DNA of 64,000 nt, taken from Puniceicoccaceae bacterium (lineage in GTDB: Bacteria; Verrucomicrobiota; Verrucomicrobiia; Opitutales; Oceanipulchritudinaceae). Under the pieces are notes generated by a model that had not been told where the DNA came from, did no database searches, and saw only the letters and a program-made list of their open reading frames with translations. Made by a program: the position numbers and the translations under genes. The stretch lies in assembly GCA_040830765.1 (NCBI GenBank), contig JBFOMH010000003.1, positions 96,001 through 160,000 on the forward strand. The letters run 5' to 3'. Shown piece by piece: positions 19,030 through 29,391 of this stretch (positions are counted from its first letter, which is position 1; the number at the start of each line of letters is the position of its first letter).

Positions 19030-20187
19030 ATGAAAAGTGATAACCTCCTCCCCTTAGCCCTGATCCTTGTCACTGGAATCCTTGTTAGCGGTTGCAGTGA
19101 AAAAGCTCCCATACCTGCTTACCTGGCCGACTACGGGCAACAGTTTTTGGAAAATCCCCGTGCTGCGAATCTGGAATGGTTCAAGAATGCCGAATACGGC
19201 CTTTTTATCCATTATGGCCTCTACGCCCTGATGGAGGAAGGGGAATGGGTGCAGCTGACCCATAAGCCCGAGCCAGTACCGGTCGCTGAATATGCGAAAT
19301 TGGCGGATGTGTTTACAGCGGACAAATTTGATGCGGAATTCATCACCGACTTCGTCCTCGAAGCGGGGATGAAGTACATAACCATTACTGCCAAGCATCA
19401 CGATGGTTACAGTTTGTTTAAAACGGCATTGTCTGATTTCCAGTCGATGAACTCCCCCTGCGGGCGCGACCTGATCGGGGAACTCTACGCAGAATGCGAG
19501 CGAAAGGGCATCGCCTTGTTCCTTTACTACAGTTATGGCGCCGACTGGAAACACCCTTACTTCATGTCCCGCGAGGTTGGCTGGAAGCATGCACGACCGG
19601 CTTATAGTGAACCACAACCCGAGTACCTTTTTGAAAAAGATGAGGATTTCCAGAAATACATTGAGTTTGCGGATGGCCAGGTAAAGGAACTACTTACCCA
19701 ATATCCAAATATCGCAGGGATCTGGTTTGATCCGATCATGGGATACTATGCTCGCCCAGATTTGTTCGATATGGATAAAACCTATGCCATGATTCGCGAA
19801 ATGAGTCCGCATGCGCTCATCTCATTCAAACAGGGGGCAACCGGAACCGAGGACTTCATCGCACCCGAGCGCCACATGGTGAACATGGTTGAGCGTGTGA
19901 CAAACGAACTTGGCGCAGAATCAGCCGCTGTAGCCAAGGCCGCCTGGGACAAGAACCAGGGTAAGCCAAGGGAAATCTGCGACACCATGCAACCGCGCGC
20001 ATGGGGCTACAATAAATCCAAGGACGGGCAGCACCTGAGCGCCGAACAGGTCGTGGAAAAGTTGGATGCCGCCAGGGAGCTCGGGGCAAACCTGCTTCTG
20101 AATATTGGCCCGAAACCAGATGGCTCATTCCCTCAGGAGGACGTGGATGCCCTACTCGAGGCAGGAAAGACCATCAAAGGCAATTAA
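19030..20187 (+). CDS. Alpha-L-fucosidase (GH29), lipoprotein
   Basis: Lipobox VSGC; YGLFIHYG, AGMKY...AKHHDG, IWFD, NLLLNIGP. Confidence 0.92.
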   Translation: MKSDNLLPLALILVTGILVSGCSEKAPIPAYLADYGQQFLENPRAANLEWFKNAEYGLFIHYGLYALMEEGEWVQLTHKPEPVPVAEYAKLADVFTADKFDAEFITDFVLEAGMKYITITAKHHDGYSLFKTALSDFQSMNSPCGRDLIGELYAECERKGIALFLYYSYGADWKHPYFMSREVGWKHARPAYSEPQPEYLFEKDEDFQKYIEFADGQVKELLTQYPNIAGIWFDPIMGYYARPDLFDMDKTYAMIREMSPHALISFKQGATGTEDFIAPERHMVNMVERVTNELGAESAAVAKAAWDKNQGKPREICDTMQPRAWGYNKSKDGQHLSAEQVVEKLDAARELGANLLLNIGPKPDGSFPQEDVDALLEAGKTIKGN

Positions 20188-20207
20188 CCGAAAAAACGCC
20201 TGCCTCA

Positions 20208-20462
20208 ATGAATAAACTAAGCTCGATCCTATTGAGCTGCGCTTTCTCCCTATCCCTTAGCGCTGAGGTATACTATGTTGCTCCAAACGGAAGCAACGAG
20301 AATCAGGGCACTCAGGAAGCTCTTTTTCGATCTATTGTGTTCTCAATCACGCAATTGAAACCCGGCGATACCCTCAATATATACGAAGGAACTTATCTCA
20401 TGGCCCCGGCTCCAAGAACCCTCCGGGTTCTCTCCGCCTGGGCCAGCCAACCACAAAACTGA
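20208..20462 (+). pseudogene. Truncated N-terminus of a DUF1565-type beta-helix gene
   Basis: Signal peptide plus YYVAPNGSN...PGDTLNIYEGTY, then homology stops at 20397; 20283-20397 is repeated at 26811-26925. Confidence 0.8.
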
Positions 20463-20567
20463 AACCACAAAGAAAATCGGAAATTACCTCACTAAGGATG
20501 GATTAAAATGAGGGGGCCAACCATTAGCAAATCCCAATCAGTTTCCTTAGATCTATTCAAATTAATT

Positions 20568-22112
20568 ATGTATTACCATAGTTTTTCGAAATACAAACTC
20601 TTCTTTTTAATCATTCTGCCAATAGCATCCCTACAAGCTAAGGATATCGGTTCAAGCCCATTACCTAACATCGTCATCATCTACGCGGACGACATGGGAG
20701 TAGCGGATGTATCGTATGGCAATCCTTTGTCAAAAATACAGACCCCGAACATCGATAGCCTTGCCGCTCAAGGTATGACCTTTACTGATGGCCACAGCTC
20801 TTCCGGTGTATGCACACCTAGTCGGTTTGCGCTGCTTACAGGTCAATACCACTGGAGACGTTTTCACGCAATCGTGCACGCATTTGGAAACAGCGTGTTC
20901 GAAGCAAATGATTTCACCCTACCCAAAATGCTAAAAGACAGGGGATATAACACTGCAGCTATTGGCAAATGGCACCTCGGTTGGGACTGGGAATCGATCA
21001 AAAAGCCTGGAGCCGTCCCGGTCAAAGAGAACGAAAAAAGGCAAGAGTGGGACTCTAATGCCTTTGACTGGTCCAAGCGATTTCGAGGCGGCCCAGTCGA
21101 CCAAGGCTTCGACTACTATTTTGGCGACGGGACGATAAACTTCCCTCCCTACACATGGATCGAGAATGACCGGTTCCTATACACTCCGACACAACAAGTG
21201 ATTCGCTCCAAGCCCCTAGCAGGAGGAGGAACTTTCCGACCTGGCCCAATGGCACAGGAATGGGATCCCTTTGAAGTCCTCCCGACCACAACCGCTAAAG
21301 CGGTAGAATGGATATCCAAACAAACCAGCGAAGTGCCCTTTTTTATCTACCTTGCCTTAAATTCTCCCCACTACCCGATCGTTCCGAACAAAGAGTTTCA
21401 TGGAGCATCAGACGCGGGCTATTACGGCGACTTCGTCGTAGAAACTGACGCTATGGTAGGAAAAGTAATGGAAGCCCTCCAGCTCCAAGAATTTGACGAC
21501 AATACTCTCGTCATTTTCACCGCAGACAATGGCGCCGAGACACATGCCTTCCAAAGACTAGAAGAATTCAACCAATGGAGCTCGGGAGAACACAGAGGCG
21601 TAAAGCGCGACCTCTACGAAGGAGGCCATCGCGTGCCCTTCATTTTCCGCTGGCCCGGCAGAATACCTCCCGGAACCGTTTCTGATGAAACCGTCAACCA
21701 AGTAGATTTCGCAGCCACTTTCGCCAAAATCGTGGGCTACTCATTGAGCGAAAAAGAGGCGATTGACAGCCACAGTCTTTTGCCCGTCATCATAGGCGAC
21801 GAATATACAAGACCGCTGAGATCGGCCACTGTTCATAACACATTCGAAGACGAATACGCTCTACGTAAGGGAAATTGGGTCTATATAAATACGACCCGTG
21901 CAGCTGTGTATAAGGAGTCAGAAGAATACTTGGAAAAGAGAGGACTCACCTCCTTTCGCAATTCAGATACCGGCGGCCTCTTGTTCAATCTCGCAGACGA
22001 CCCTGGCCAGTCAAAAAACCTTTACCTCGAATACCCCGAGAGAGTCGTACAAATGTCCGAGCTCCTTCAGCAATATTTAGCCGGCAAACGTGGAGCTCCG
22101 TACATACCATAG
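20568..22112 (+). CDS. Arylsulfatase (S1 family)
   Basis: [31 protein letters not shown]. Confidence 0.93.
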   Translation: MYYHSFSKYKLFFLIILPIASLQAKDIGSSPLPNIVIIYADDMGVADVSYGNPLSKIQTPNIDSLAAQGMTFTDGHSSSGVCTPSRFALLTGQYHWRRFHAIVHAFGNSVFEANDFTLPKMLKDRGYNTAAIGKWHLGWDWESIKKPGAVPVKENEKRQEWDSNAFDWSKRFRGGPVDQGFDYYFGDGTINFPPYTWIENDRFLYTPTQQVIRSKPLAGGGTFRPGPMAQEWDPFEVLPTTTAKAVEWISKQTSEVPFFIYLALNSPHYPIVPNKEFHGASDAGYYGDFVVETDAMVGKVMEALQLQEFDDNTLVIFTADNGAETHAFQRLEEFNQWSSGEHRGVKRDLYEGGHRVPFIFRWPGRIPPGTVSDETVNQVDFAATFAKIVGYSLSEKEAIDSHSLLPVIIGDEYTRPLRSATVHNTFEDEYALRKGNWVYINTTRAAVYKESEEYLEKRGLTSFRNSDTGGLLFNLADDPGQSKNLYLEYPERVVQMSELLQQYLAGKRGAPYIP

Positions 22113-22264
22113 TAGGCTAGACATCTTCAGTTCGTTTCGACCATCGGAAAGATAGAACCAGCTGCTTTTGCCACTATCCCTTTTTTCAAGAACAACCGAC
22201 GATTGTGGGTTTCTTGAGCAAAAGCGCTCATATCTTCAACTGATATATTTCCTTTGGGAGGGGT

Positions 22265-22532
22265 TTAGTTGTGCGTATCCATTCGATCCGACTCCGGATG
22301 TCCGTGGTTCCTTACAAGCTCTAAGGCTTTTTTAAGCTCGGCTACTTTTTCTGGATATTCTTTGGCTAGATTGAAGCGCTGCCCTATATCTTCTCTGAGA
22401 TTGTAGAGTTCGACCGGTTGACCGTCGTCCGCTAGGAAGCCGTAGCGCTCCTCCCACCCATGAGCCGGCTTACGAGCATATCCGGTAGCGGCGTCGATGA
22501 GCACCCAGTCCCCCTCCCGGTAGGCGAAGCCC
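22265..22532 (-). pseudogene. 3'-end remnant of the sulfatase at 27776-29329
   Basis: 22275-22532 closely matches 27786-28043 (LIDAATGYARKP...VRNHGHPE). Confidence 0.88.
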
Positions 22533-22544
22533 GGTTGTGGAATG

Positions 22545-23432
22545 TCACGTTGTGTTCTGTTTCCGATATGTAGCGGGTGCCACGCCGAAATATCTCTTGA
22601 ATGCTCTGCTAAGAGAGAATCCGTCGGAGTATCCGAGAGCCCAAGCTATTTCCTGCAGGGTCTTGTCTGATTGTCTCAACAAGTAGGCAGTGTGTTCGAC
22701 TTTTCTCCGCGAGAGTCTGTGTCTTGCGCTTTCATTTCCGAACTGACTGAAAAGACGCGCCATGGAATTTGGGTGGATATTGCAGCGTTGCGCTATTTCG
22801 GCGACGGATGAAAAGGTAAGGAACTTTGTGTCGATAATCTCACAAATGTTTAGGTAACGCTGCCTGCTTTGTGAATCGCTGCCTCCTGGGAATCGTAATT
22901 TTTCGGCAGCAGTGATGATAATTAGACGGAACCAAGAGTTGGAAAGATCCATCCAATTCAGGCTTTGTTTGCGCAGGCATGCGGAGCAGGCTTGGAAATA
23001 ACTCAGGATTGGGCCCGCTAGTTCATCGATGTTCATCACTTGGGTTGCCTTTCCTAGGTACTGAGCGATCTGCAAATCGTACCATTCGTGACTTAATGAT
23101 AGTCGCCACAATTCCATTGTGCCCTCGGTTATCTCGATAGAGAATGGAATCGATTTTTGGCGGATGATAAACGAGCCACTCTTAAGGGGGTAGCTCTTCT
23201 CCTCCGATGTCAGCACCCCTTCGCCAGAAACGACTAGAGCAATCACTGTGTTATCGATTATTCTCATGGCTCGGAAACCGGGAGGGGTGCGCCTCTCGTG
23301 AGTTATGCTGCGAATGTTCCGCAGCGGCGATCCATCCGCTGCGTACGCTGGCAGGTAGGCGCAGTCTTGCGGGAAGAAGTCGGCGGCGTAGCAAACGTCT
23401 TCGTCAAATTCTGTGTCACTAGGTTCGTGCAT
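22545..23432 (-). CDS. AraC-family transcriptional regulator (start uncertain)
   Basis: Cupin-like N-terminus; C-terminal LQEIAWALGYSDGFSLSRAFKRYFGVAP. Confidence 0.88.
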   Translation of the reverse strand: MHEPSDTEFDEDVCYAADFFPQDCAYLPAYAADGSPLRNIRSITHERRTPPGFRAMRIIDNTVIALVVSGEGVLTSEEKSYPLKSGSFIIRQKSIPFSIEITEGTMELWRLSLSHEWYDLQIAQYLGKATQVMNIDELAGPILSYFQACSACLRKQSLNWMDLSNSWFRLIIITAAEKLRFPGGSDSQSRQRYLNICEIIDTKFLTFSSVAEIAQRCNIHPNSMARLFSQFGNESARHRLSRRKVEHTAYLLRQSDKTLQEIAWALGYSDGFSLSRAFKRYFGVAPATYRKQNTT

Positions 23433-23625
23433 GGGTGATCGACCCGGGAGGTCGGCCGCAGGTCTTTGAAAGCGGACCGCTATCTCGTCCAAGAAAAGGG
23501 GCTTCCCTGTCAAACTCAAGCGTCAAGTGGCGGGCCCTGACGCGGATTTAGGCGTGAAAATGACATGCCTGCCCCACATGTGGCTATTCTGCTCGATGCG
23601 ATTTACGGTTATGATTGCCCGCTGA

Positions 23626-24999
23626 ATGAAGGAGAACGCTAGGCCGAACATTGTTTTGATCAATTGTGATGATTTGGGGTATGGCGACCTCGGTTGCTAC
23701 GGGTCTAGCGTAAACAAGACTCCCAATATCGACGAGCTGGCGACCGAAGGCCGCCGCTTTTCGAGCTTCTACATGGCGTCGCCGGTGTGTTCTCCCTCCC
23801 GTGGGGCCATGCTGACGGGATGCTACCCGAGGCGAGTTGGGTTCGGCAGCTTCGATGGTCAGTGGGTACTCTTCCCGGGCATGCCCATCGGGCTCGATCC
23901 AAGCGAGGTCACGATTTCAAGCATGCTGAAGAAGAACGGGTATTCGACTGCGATCGTCGGGAAGTGGCACTGCGGGGACCAGAAGGAATTCCTTCCGGAT
24001 CAGCATGGCTTCGACGACTATTTCGGTCTGCCGTACAGCAACGACATGGGGAGGCAGCGCAAGGCGGATCCTTCCTTTCCGCCGTTGCCTTTGATGCATG
24101 GTAGCGAGGTGCTAGAGGAGCAACCAGATCAGTGCACCCTGACAGAGCGCTACACCGAGTTTGCACTTCGTTTCATCCGGAGAAATCGGGACATTCCTTT
24201 CTTTCTGTACTTCGCGCACATGCATGTGCATCTGCCGCACTATGTCCCGGACCGATTGCTAACGAATTCGAAGAACGGACGATACGGGGCTGCGGTCGCC
24301 AATATTGATTGGTCGACGGGCGTGTTGATGAACGAGCTCAAGGCGCTTGGGCTGGAAGAGAACACCATCGTCATCTTTACGAGCGACAATGGATCGCGCG
24401 CCAGCGGAGAGGGTGGCAGCAACGGTGGCCTGAGCGGAATCAAGGGTTCGACCTGGGAGGGCGGCCAGCGCGTTCCCTGTATCGTGCGGTGGCCCGGACA
24501 TATCCAGCCGAACTCCGAATGCGATGAGCTGACGACGGCGATGGACTTTCTTCCGACCATTGCCTCGCTGATAGGCGATTCGCTGCCCGAAGATCGAATC
24601 ATTGATGGCTACGATGTATCGTCGCTGTGGATTGAGGGCGAGGATTTGAAGAGTCCCTACGAAGCGTTCTACTACTACTTCATGGATGACCTCGAAGCGG
24701 TTCGGGCGGGATGTTGGAAGCGGCACATTCGACGAAATGGAGAGGATGTGAACCTATTATTTGATCTTGATGCAGACCCTGCGGAGCAATTGAATCTGTA
24801 CTATGACAGGCCGGAGGTGGTGGCCATGACGGACCAGTTGATCGAGAACGCTCGTCAGGAATTGGGCGATGCGGCGACCGGGTATGCAGGCAAGGATTTG
24901 CGTCCGGCTGGAAGGGTTAGCGATGGGAAAACGCTGACGGAGTACTCGGAAAATCATCCATATATGGTCGCCATGTATGACTTGGAAGAGCGAGGCTAA
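23626..24999 (+). CDS. Sulfatase (S1 family), no signal peptide
   Basis: MKENARPNIVLINCDDLGYGD, CSPSR, GKWH, WEGGQRVP. Confidence 0.93.
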   Translation: MKENARPNIVLINCDDLGYGDLGCYGSSVNKTPNIDELATEGRRFSSFYMASPVCSPSRGAMLTGCYPRRVGFGSFDGQWVLFPGMPIGLDPSEVTISSMLKKNGYSTAIVGKWHCGDQKEFLPDQHGFDDYFGLPYSNDMGRQRKADPSFPPLPLMHGSEVLEEQPDQCTLTERYTEFALRFIRRNRDIPFFLYFAHMHVHLPHYVPDRLLTNSKNGRYGAAVANIDWSTGVLMNELKALGLEENTIVIFTSDNGSRASGEGGSNGGLSGIKGSTWEGGQRVPCIVRWPGHIQPNSECDELTTAMDFLPTIASLIGDSLPEDRIIDGYDVSSLWIEGEDLKSPYEAFYYYFMDDLEAVRAGCWKRHIRRNGEDVNLLFDLDADPAEQLNLYYDRPEVVAMTDQLIENARQELGDAATGYAGKDLRPAGRVSDGKTLTEYSENHPYMVAMYDLEERG

Positions 25000-25002
25000 C
25001 CT

Positions 25003-26754
25003 ATGCTGACTATTCTTTCTTGTGCGGCATTTATGGGGTTCGTGGCTTGGTACTCGTGGAGGAAAACACGGGGCCAGGTTTCCACAGCGAACGGGTACTT
25101 TCTGGCGGGCAACGGGCTAACGGGGCTGTTCATAGGCGGCTCGCTCTTGCTGACGAACATTTCCACCGAACAACTCATTGGGCAAAACGGCATGACCTAC
25201 GCAGGAAACATGACCGCCCTGGCGTGGGAAATATGGGCAGTCCGAGGTATCATCCTGCTTGCTGCTCTGTTCCTGCCCATGTACCTGGGAGGCGCTTTTT
25301 CGACGATGCCCTCATTCCTGAGATCGCGCTACGGCGAGTGGACTCGCCGCCTCGTAGTTGGCTTGCTGCTCTTTGGATATATTTTTATCTGGTCCCCATC
25401 GGTGCTCTACGGCGGATCGCTGGCCTTGGTCAAAATCCTGGATGTCCCGCAACATACGGGGCTCTCCGAATTTCAGGCCCTTTGGGTGGTGGTCTGGATA
25501 ATCGGAATCATTGGAGCGGTGTACGCGATTTGCGGTGGATTGCGGGCGGTGGCCATTTCAGATACGCTGAATGGCTTCGGCCTGCTGATCATAGGGTGCC
25601 TGATACCGGTCTTCGGTCTGATCGCCTTGGGGGAAAAGCATGGGGGCGGGGTATCCACGGCGCTTCGTCACATCGCTACGAACAGTGCGGAAAAATTGAA
25701 TGCTATCGGAACTGGAAGCGAGCTCGACTCCATTCCCATATCCGCCGTGTTCACGGGGCTGATGGTCATGGCTGTCTTCTATTGGGGAACCAATCAGTTC
25801 ATCATCCAGCGCGCCTTGGGAGCGGCTAGTTTAAAGGAAGGACAGAAGGGGTTGTTGCTTGCGGGCTACTTCAAGATGCTAATCCCTTTTGTAGCGATGG
25901 CGCCCGGCCTGATCGCATTTCACCTGTACGGACCGGAGCTGTCGCCGACCGATATGGCGTATCCCGCTTTGGTGGCGGGCGTTTTGCCAGACTTTCTCCT
26001 AGGCTTCTTTATTGCCGTGCTTCTAGGCGCGGTCTTCTCGACCTACAATTCCCTGCTGAATTCCGCGGCCACGATGTTCGCGTTGGATATCTACAAGCCC
26101 CTTTTCAATCCAAACGCGGACGACAGAAAATTGATTCGGGTGTCCAAGTATTTTTCGGTGGTATGCGCGGTCATGACCCTGTTCACGGCGCCCAACCTGA
26201 TACATGCCGCGGATGGACTGTTCGTTTTCATCGCAAAATTCGCTGGCTTCATTGCCGTGCCCGTCTCGAGCCTCGTGGTTCTGGGGCTCTTCGCCCGGAG
26301 CCTAAGGATTCCGCCGAGAGCATCGCAATTTGTCATCCTCTTCCATGTAGTCGTCTACTACCTGTTGGTTTGGGGGCTGCCCGCGCTCGGGATCGATATT
26401 CCCATCCATTTTATGCATGTGTTTTCGATACTCTTCCTTGCGGAGTCCTCCATTCTCGTTGTCTGGGCCCTGGTCAAGCCGCATCATGAAGCATACGAAT
26501 ACGCTCATGACCCGAAGGTTGAGATGGTCCCATGGCGATGGGCCATGCTGACCAGCGCGGTGCTCCTGTCCTGCGCAATCCTCGTTTACGTCGTGTTTTC
26601 CAAGGTAGGGTTGGCATACGAAGAGGGCATTGTTGGGCCCGCATTTGGGTGGGCCTTCGCGATGGCTCTTTCCGTTTGCGTGGCCTTCTGCTGGTGGGCC
26701 CATCGGTGGCTGCAGCCTCGCTACGATCGCTACATCGCAAAGCGCTACGTTTGA
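25003..26754 (+). CDS. Sodium:solute symporter (YidK-like)
   Basis: GYFLAG, SLLLTNISTEQLIG, GGLRAVAISD, FYWGTNQFIIQRALGA, STYNSLLNSAAT. Confidence 0.92.
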   Translation: MLTILSCAAFMGFVAWYSWRKTRGQVSTANGYFLAGNGLTGLFIGGSLLLTNISTEQLIGQNGMTYAGNMTALAWEIWAVRGIILLAALFLPMYLGGAFSTMPSFLRSRYGEWTRRLVVGLLLFGYIFIWSPSVLYGGSLALVKILDVPQHTGLSEFQALWVVVWIIGIIGAVYAICGGLRAVAISDTLNGFGLLIIGCLIPVFGLIALGEKHGGGVSTALRHIATNSAEKLNAIGTGSELDSIPISAVFTGLMVMAVFYWGTNQFIIQRALGAASLKEGQKGLLLAGYFKMLIPFVAMAPGLIAFHLYGPELSPTDMAYPALVAGVLPDFLLGFFIAVLLGAVFSTYNSLLNSAATMFALDIYKPLFNPNADDRKLIRVSKYFSVVCAVMTLFTAPNLIHAADGLFVFIAKFAGFIAVPVSSLVVLGLFARSLRIPPRASQFVILFHVVVYYLLVWGLPALGIDIPIHFMHVFSILFLAESSILVVWALVKPHHEAYEYAHDPKVEMVPWRWAMLTSAVLLSCAILVYVVFSKVGLAYEEGIVGPAFGWAFAMALSVCVAFCWWAHRWLQPRYDRYIAKRYV

Positions 26755-26810
26755 CCGGGATCGACTTTCTCTCGGGGCTTTCTGAGAAAAAGGGACAGGC
26801 TATTTATCTC

Positions 26811-27488
26811 CCAAACGGAAGCAACAAGAATCCGGGCACTCAGGAAGCTCTTTTTCGATCTATTGTGTTCTCAATCACGCAATTGAAACCCGGCGATACC
26901 CTCAATATATACGAAGGAACTTATCGCGAGGTCTTCGTGCCCGAACACTCCGGAAACAAGAAAAGCAATATCACCATTCAGGCAGCAGAAGATCAAAGGG
27001 TTATAATCAGCGGCACCGAACCGATTACCAATTGGAAAAGGTACCGTGGTAATATCTATTCCGCAAAGATGGATTGGGATCTGGGAAAGAACAATCAGGT
27101 ATTCTTCGATGATAAACCTCTCACTGAAGCCCGCTGGCCAAATGATTTGGATGGGGATTCAATGACACCCAATGGAGCCATGAATGCAGGTGGTGGATCG
27201 GCCACTGTTCATAATACATTCGAAGACGAATACGCTCTACGCCAGGGAAATTGGGCCAATATGAATACGACCCGTGCAGCTGTGTATAAGGAGTCAGAAG
27301 AATACTTGGAAAAGAGAGGACTCACCTCCTTTCGCAATTCAGATGCCAGCGGGCTCTTATTTAATCTCGCAGAGGACCCTGGCCAGTCAAAAAACCTTTA
27401 CCTCGAATACCCCGAGCGAGTCGAACAATTGTCCGAGCTTCTTCAAAAATATTTAGACGGAAAACGCGGAGCGCCATACATACCCTAG
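26811..27488 (+). pseudogene. Chimeric remnant: internal beta-helix gene fragment fused in frame to the 3' end of a copy of sulfatase 20568-22112
   Basis: 26811-26925 matches 20283-20397 (2 mismatches), continues to ...TEARWPN; from 27196 it matches 21820-22112. Confidence 0.85.
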
Positions 27489-27775
27489 GCTAGAGCATCT
27501 TCCACTTGTTTCGTCGACTGCCTTCACTCCAAAGTTTGTATCGATCTAGAACAATAGATATGTGACCCAGGAATTGAGCCATGGTCCATTCGCGTTTTCT
27601 TTTTCGACTTAGCTACGGCAGCTTACTATGCTAAGTTAGGCAGGTAGGATTCTTTTCACTTTCATTAAGGTTTTTAGCTAAAATCCGTAAGTTTCACTGT
27701 AGCGGAATTCTACACAAACACCCTCGCCGGACTCACCCACCAAGGCAGTCGTCAATTCAGTTCGGGCGATGGTAG

Positions 27776-29329
27776 TCATCTGGCTGTATCCATCCGATCC
27801 AACTCCGGATGTCCGTGGTTCCTGACAAGCTCTAAGGCTTTTTTAAGCTCGACTACTTTTTCTGGATATTCTTTGGCTAGATTGAAGCGTTGCCCTATAT
27901 CTTCTCTGAGATTGTAGAGTTCGACCGGTTGATCGTCGTCCGCTAGGAAGCCGTAGCGCTCCTCCCACCCATGAGTCGGCTTACGAGCATATCCGGTAGC
28001 GGCGTCGATGAGCACCCAGTCACCCTCTCGGTAACCAAAGCCCATTCGCTCCCACGTGCTGTGAACAACTGCCCGACGGGGGGAATCTCCAAGCTCCTTC
28101 AAAAGAGGTGTCAAATCGTGAGAATCCTCTGCTTGACCTTTGGGCAAACCATAATCGAGGTATGAAGCCAAGGTGGCTATTAAGTCGATTTGCGAAACGA
28201 TTCCACGACCGACGGCTCCCTCACGGACCATCCCTGGCCAACGTATGATGAAGGGTACACGGTGCCCTCCCTCGTAAAGATCTTGCTTGAGCCCTCTCAA
28301 AGGTTGTGAAGACCAATGGTCGAAATTCTTGTCGCGGGCGTAAGCGTAAGCCTCCGCACCATTATCTGCTGAAAAGAAAATGATCGTATTCTCGTATTGC
28401 CCAGATTCTTTGAGCGCTTTGATCAATTGACCGCACGAGTCATCGGTCTCCACAACAAAGTCACCATAAGGCCCCGCATCACTACTACCGTCGAAGCGAT
28501 CATTTGGGATGATCGGGGCGTGAGGTGAAGGGAAAGCGAAATAGAGAAAGAATGGTTTATCGTGTTTGGCCTGCTGATGAATGTATTCAACCCCCCTTCG
28601 CGTCGTCTCCGGGATGTTTTCGTAAGGATCCCATCCTTCAACCATGGGACCCTGGCGGCACTCCCAGCGACCTTCTTTGATAGGCTTAAAAGCGCTCGTA
28701 TCAAGCATGCGATCCGGGATCTGCAAAACCCGGTCGTTTTGGATCCATGCGTAGGGAGGAAAATTGATCACGGTGTCGCCAAAATAGGTATCGAACCCAT
28801 GAGCTAGGGGACCGTCGGGTATGGGCTTAGACCAGTCGAAAGCATCTGGAGCGTACGTCTTCCTCCCTCGCCCATCAGCACTTATTATCAGTTCCGCGCC
28901 CGGTTTGAGGTACTCCTTCCATCCCCAACCCAAATGCCATTTACCAATCGCAGCCGTCGAATAACCCGACTCTTGGAGCATCTCGGGTAAGGTCAGGCGT
29001 TCGGCATCAAACACCGATTCCTCAAACGTTTTTACTATCCCATAAAACTTTCTCCAATGATACCGACCAGTAAGGAGAGCGTAGCGGCTTGGCGTGCAAA
29101 CACCCGAAGAGGAATGCCCGTCCGTAAATCGCATACCCTCAGCAGCCAGGCGATCGAGGTTTGGTGTCGGAATTTTGGATTCCGGATTATAGCACCTCAA
29201 GTCTCCATATCCAAGATCGTCCGCGTAGAGAAAAAGTATATTCAACTTTTCTTGATCGGGTCTCTCGGCATTGATCGACGCGATCGGAAGAAGGGCAAAA
29301 AACATTAAATAAAGAGATCGTAGTTTCAT
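27776..29329 (-). CDS. Arylsulfatase (S1 family)
   Basis: [27 protein letters not shown]; start at MKLRSL. Confidence 0.93.
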   Translation of the reverse strand: MKLRSLYLMFFALLPIASINAERPDQEKLNILFLYADDLGYGDLRCYNPESKIPTPNLDRLAAEGMRFTDGHSSSGVCTPSRYALLTGRYHWRKFYGIVKTFEESVFDAERLTLPEMLQESGYSTAAIGKWHLGWGWKEYLKPGAELIISADGRGRKTYAPDAFDWSKPIPDGPLAHGFDTYFGDTVINFPPYAWIQNDRVLQIPDRMLDTSAFKPIKEGRWECRQGPMVEGWDPYENIPETTRRGVEYIHQQAKHDKPFFLYFAFPSPHAPIIPNDRFDGSSDAGPYGDFVVETDDSCGQLIKALKESGQYENTIIFFSADNGAEAYAYARDKNFDHWSSQPLRGLKQDLYEGGHRVPFIIRWPGMVREGAVGRGIVSQIDLIATLASYLDYGLPKGQAEDSHDLTPLLKELGDSPRRAVVHSTWERMGFGYREGDWVLIDAATGYARKPTHGWEERYGFLADDDQPVELYNLREDIGQRFNLAKEYPEKVVELKKALELVRNHGHPELDRMDTAR

Positions 29330-29391
29330 AGTGCGGTTAATGGTTATTGTAGGGCCTAGCAGTATACGACGGACATAAAAACGGGAGAGCA

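Noticed and set aside
23552..23566. Regulon-like half-site GCGTGAAAATGACAT in the cassette promoter
   Set aside because: No partner repeat at 21 bp and no TAnnnT at the fixed distance.
26532..26750. N-terminal part of the 318-aa ORF 26532-27488
   Set aside because: Lies out of frame inside the symporter gene; only the part from 26811 has homology.
27603..27644. Degenerate GTAG-type hairpin (TTCGACTTAGCTACGGCAG...), and TCC-GAAGGCGAA-GGA at 53021-53035
   Set aside because: They resemble the tRNA-linked hairpins but are too short or degenerate to support without a model-based scan.
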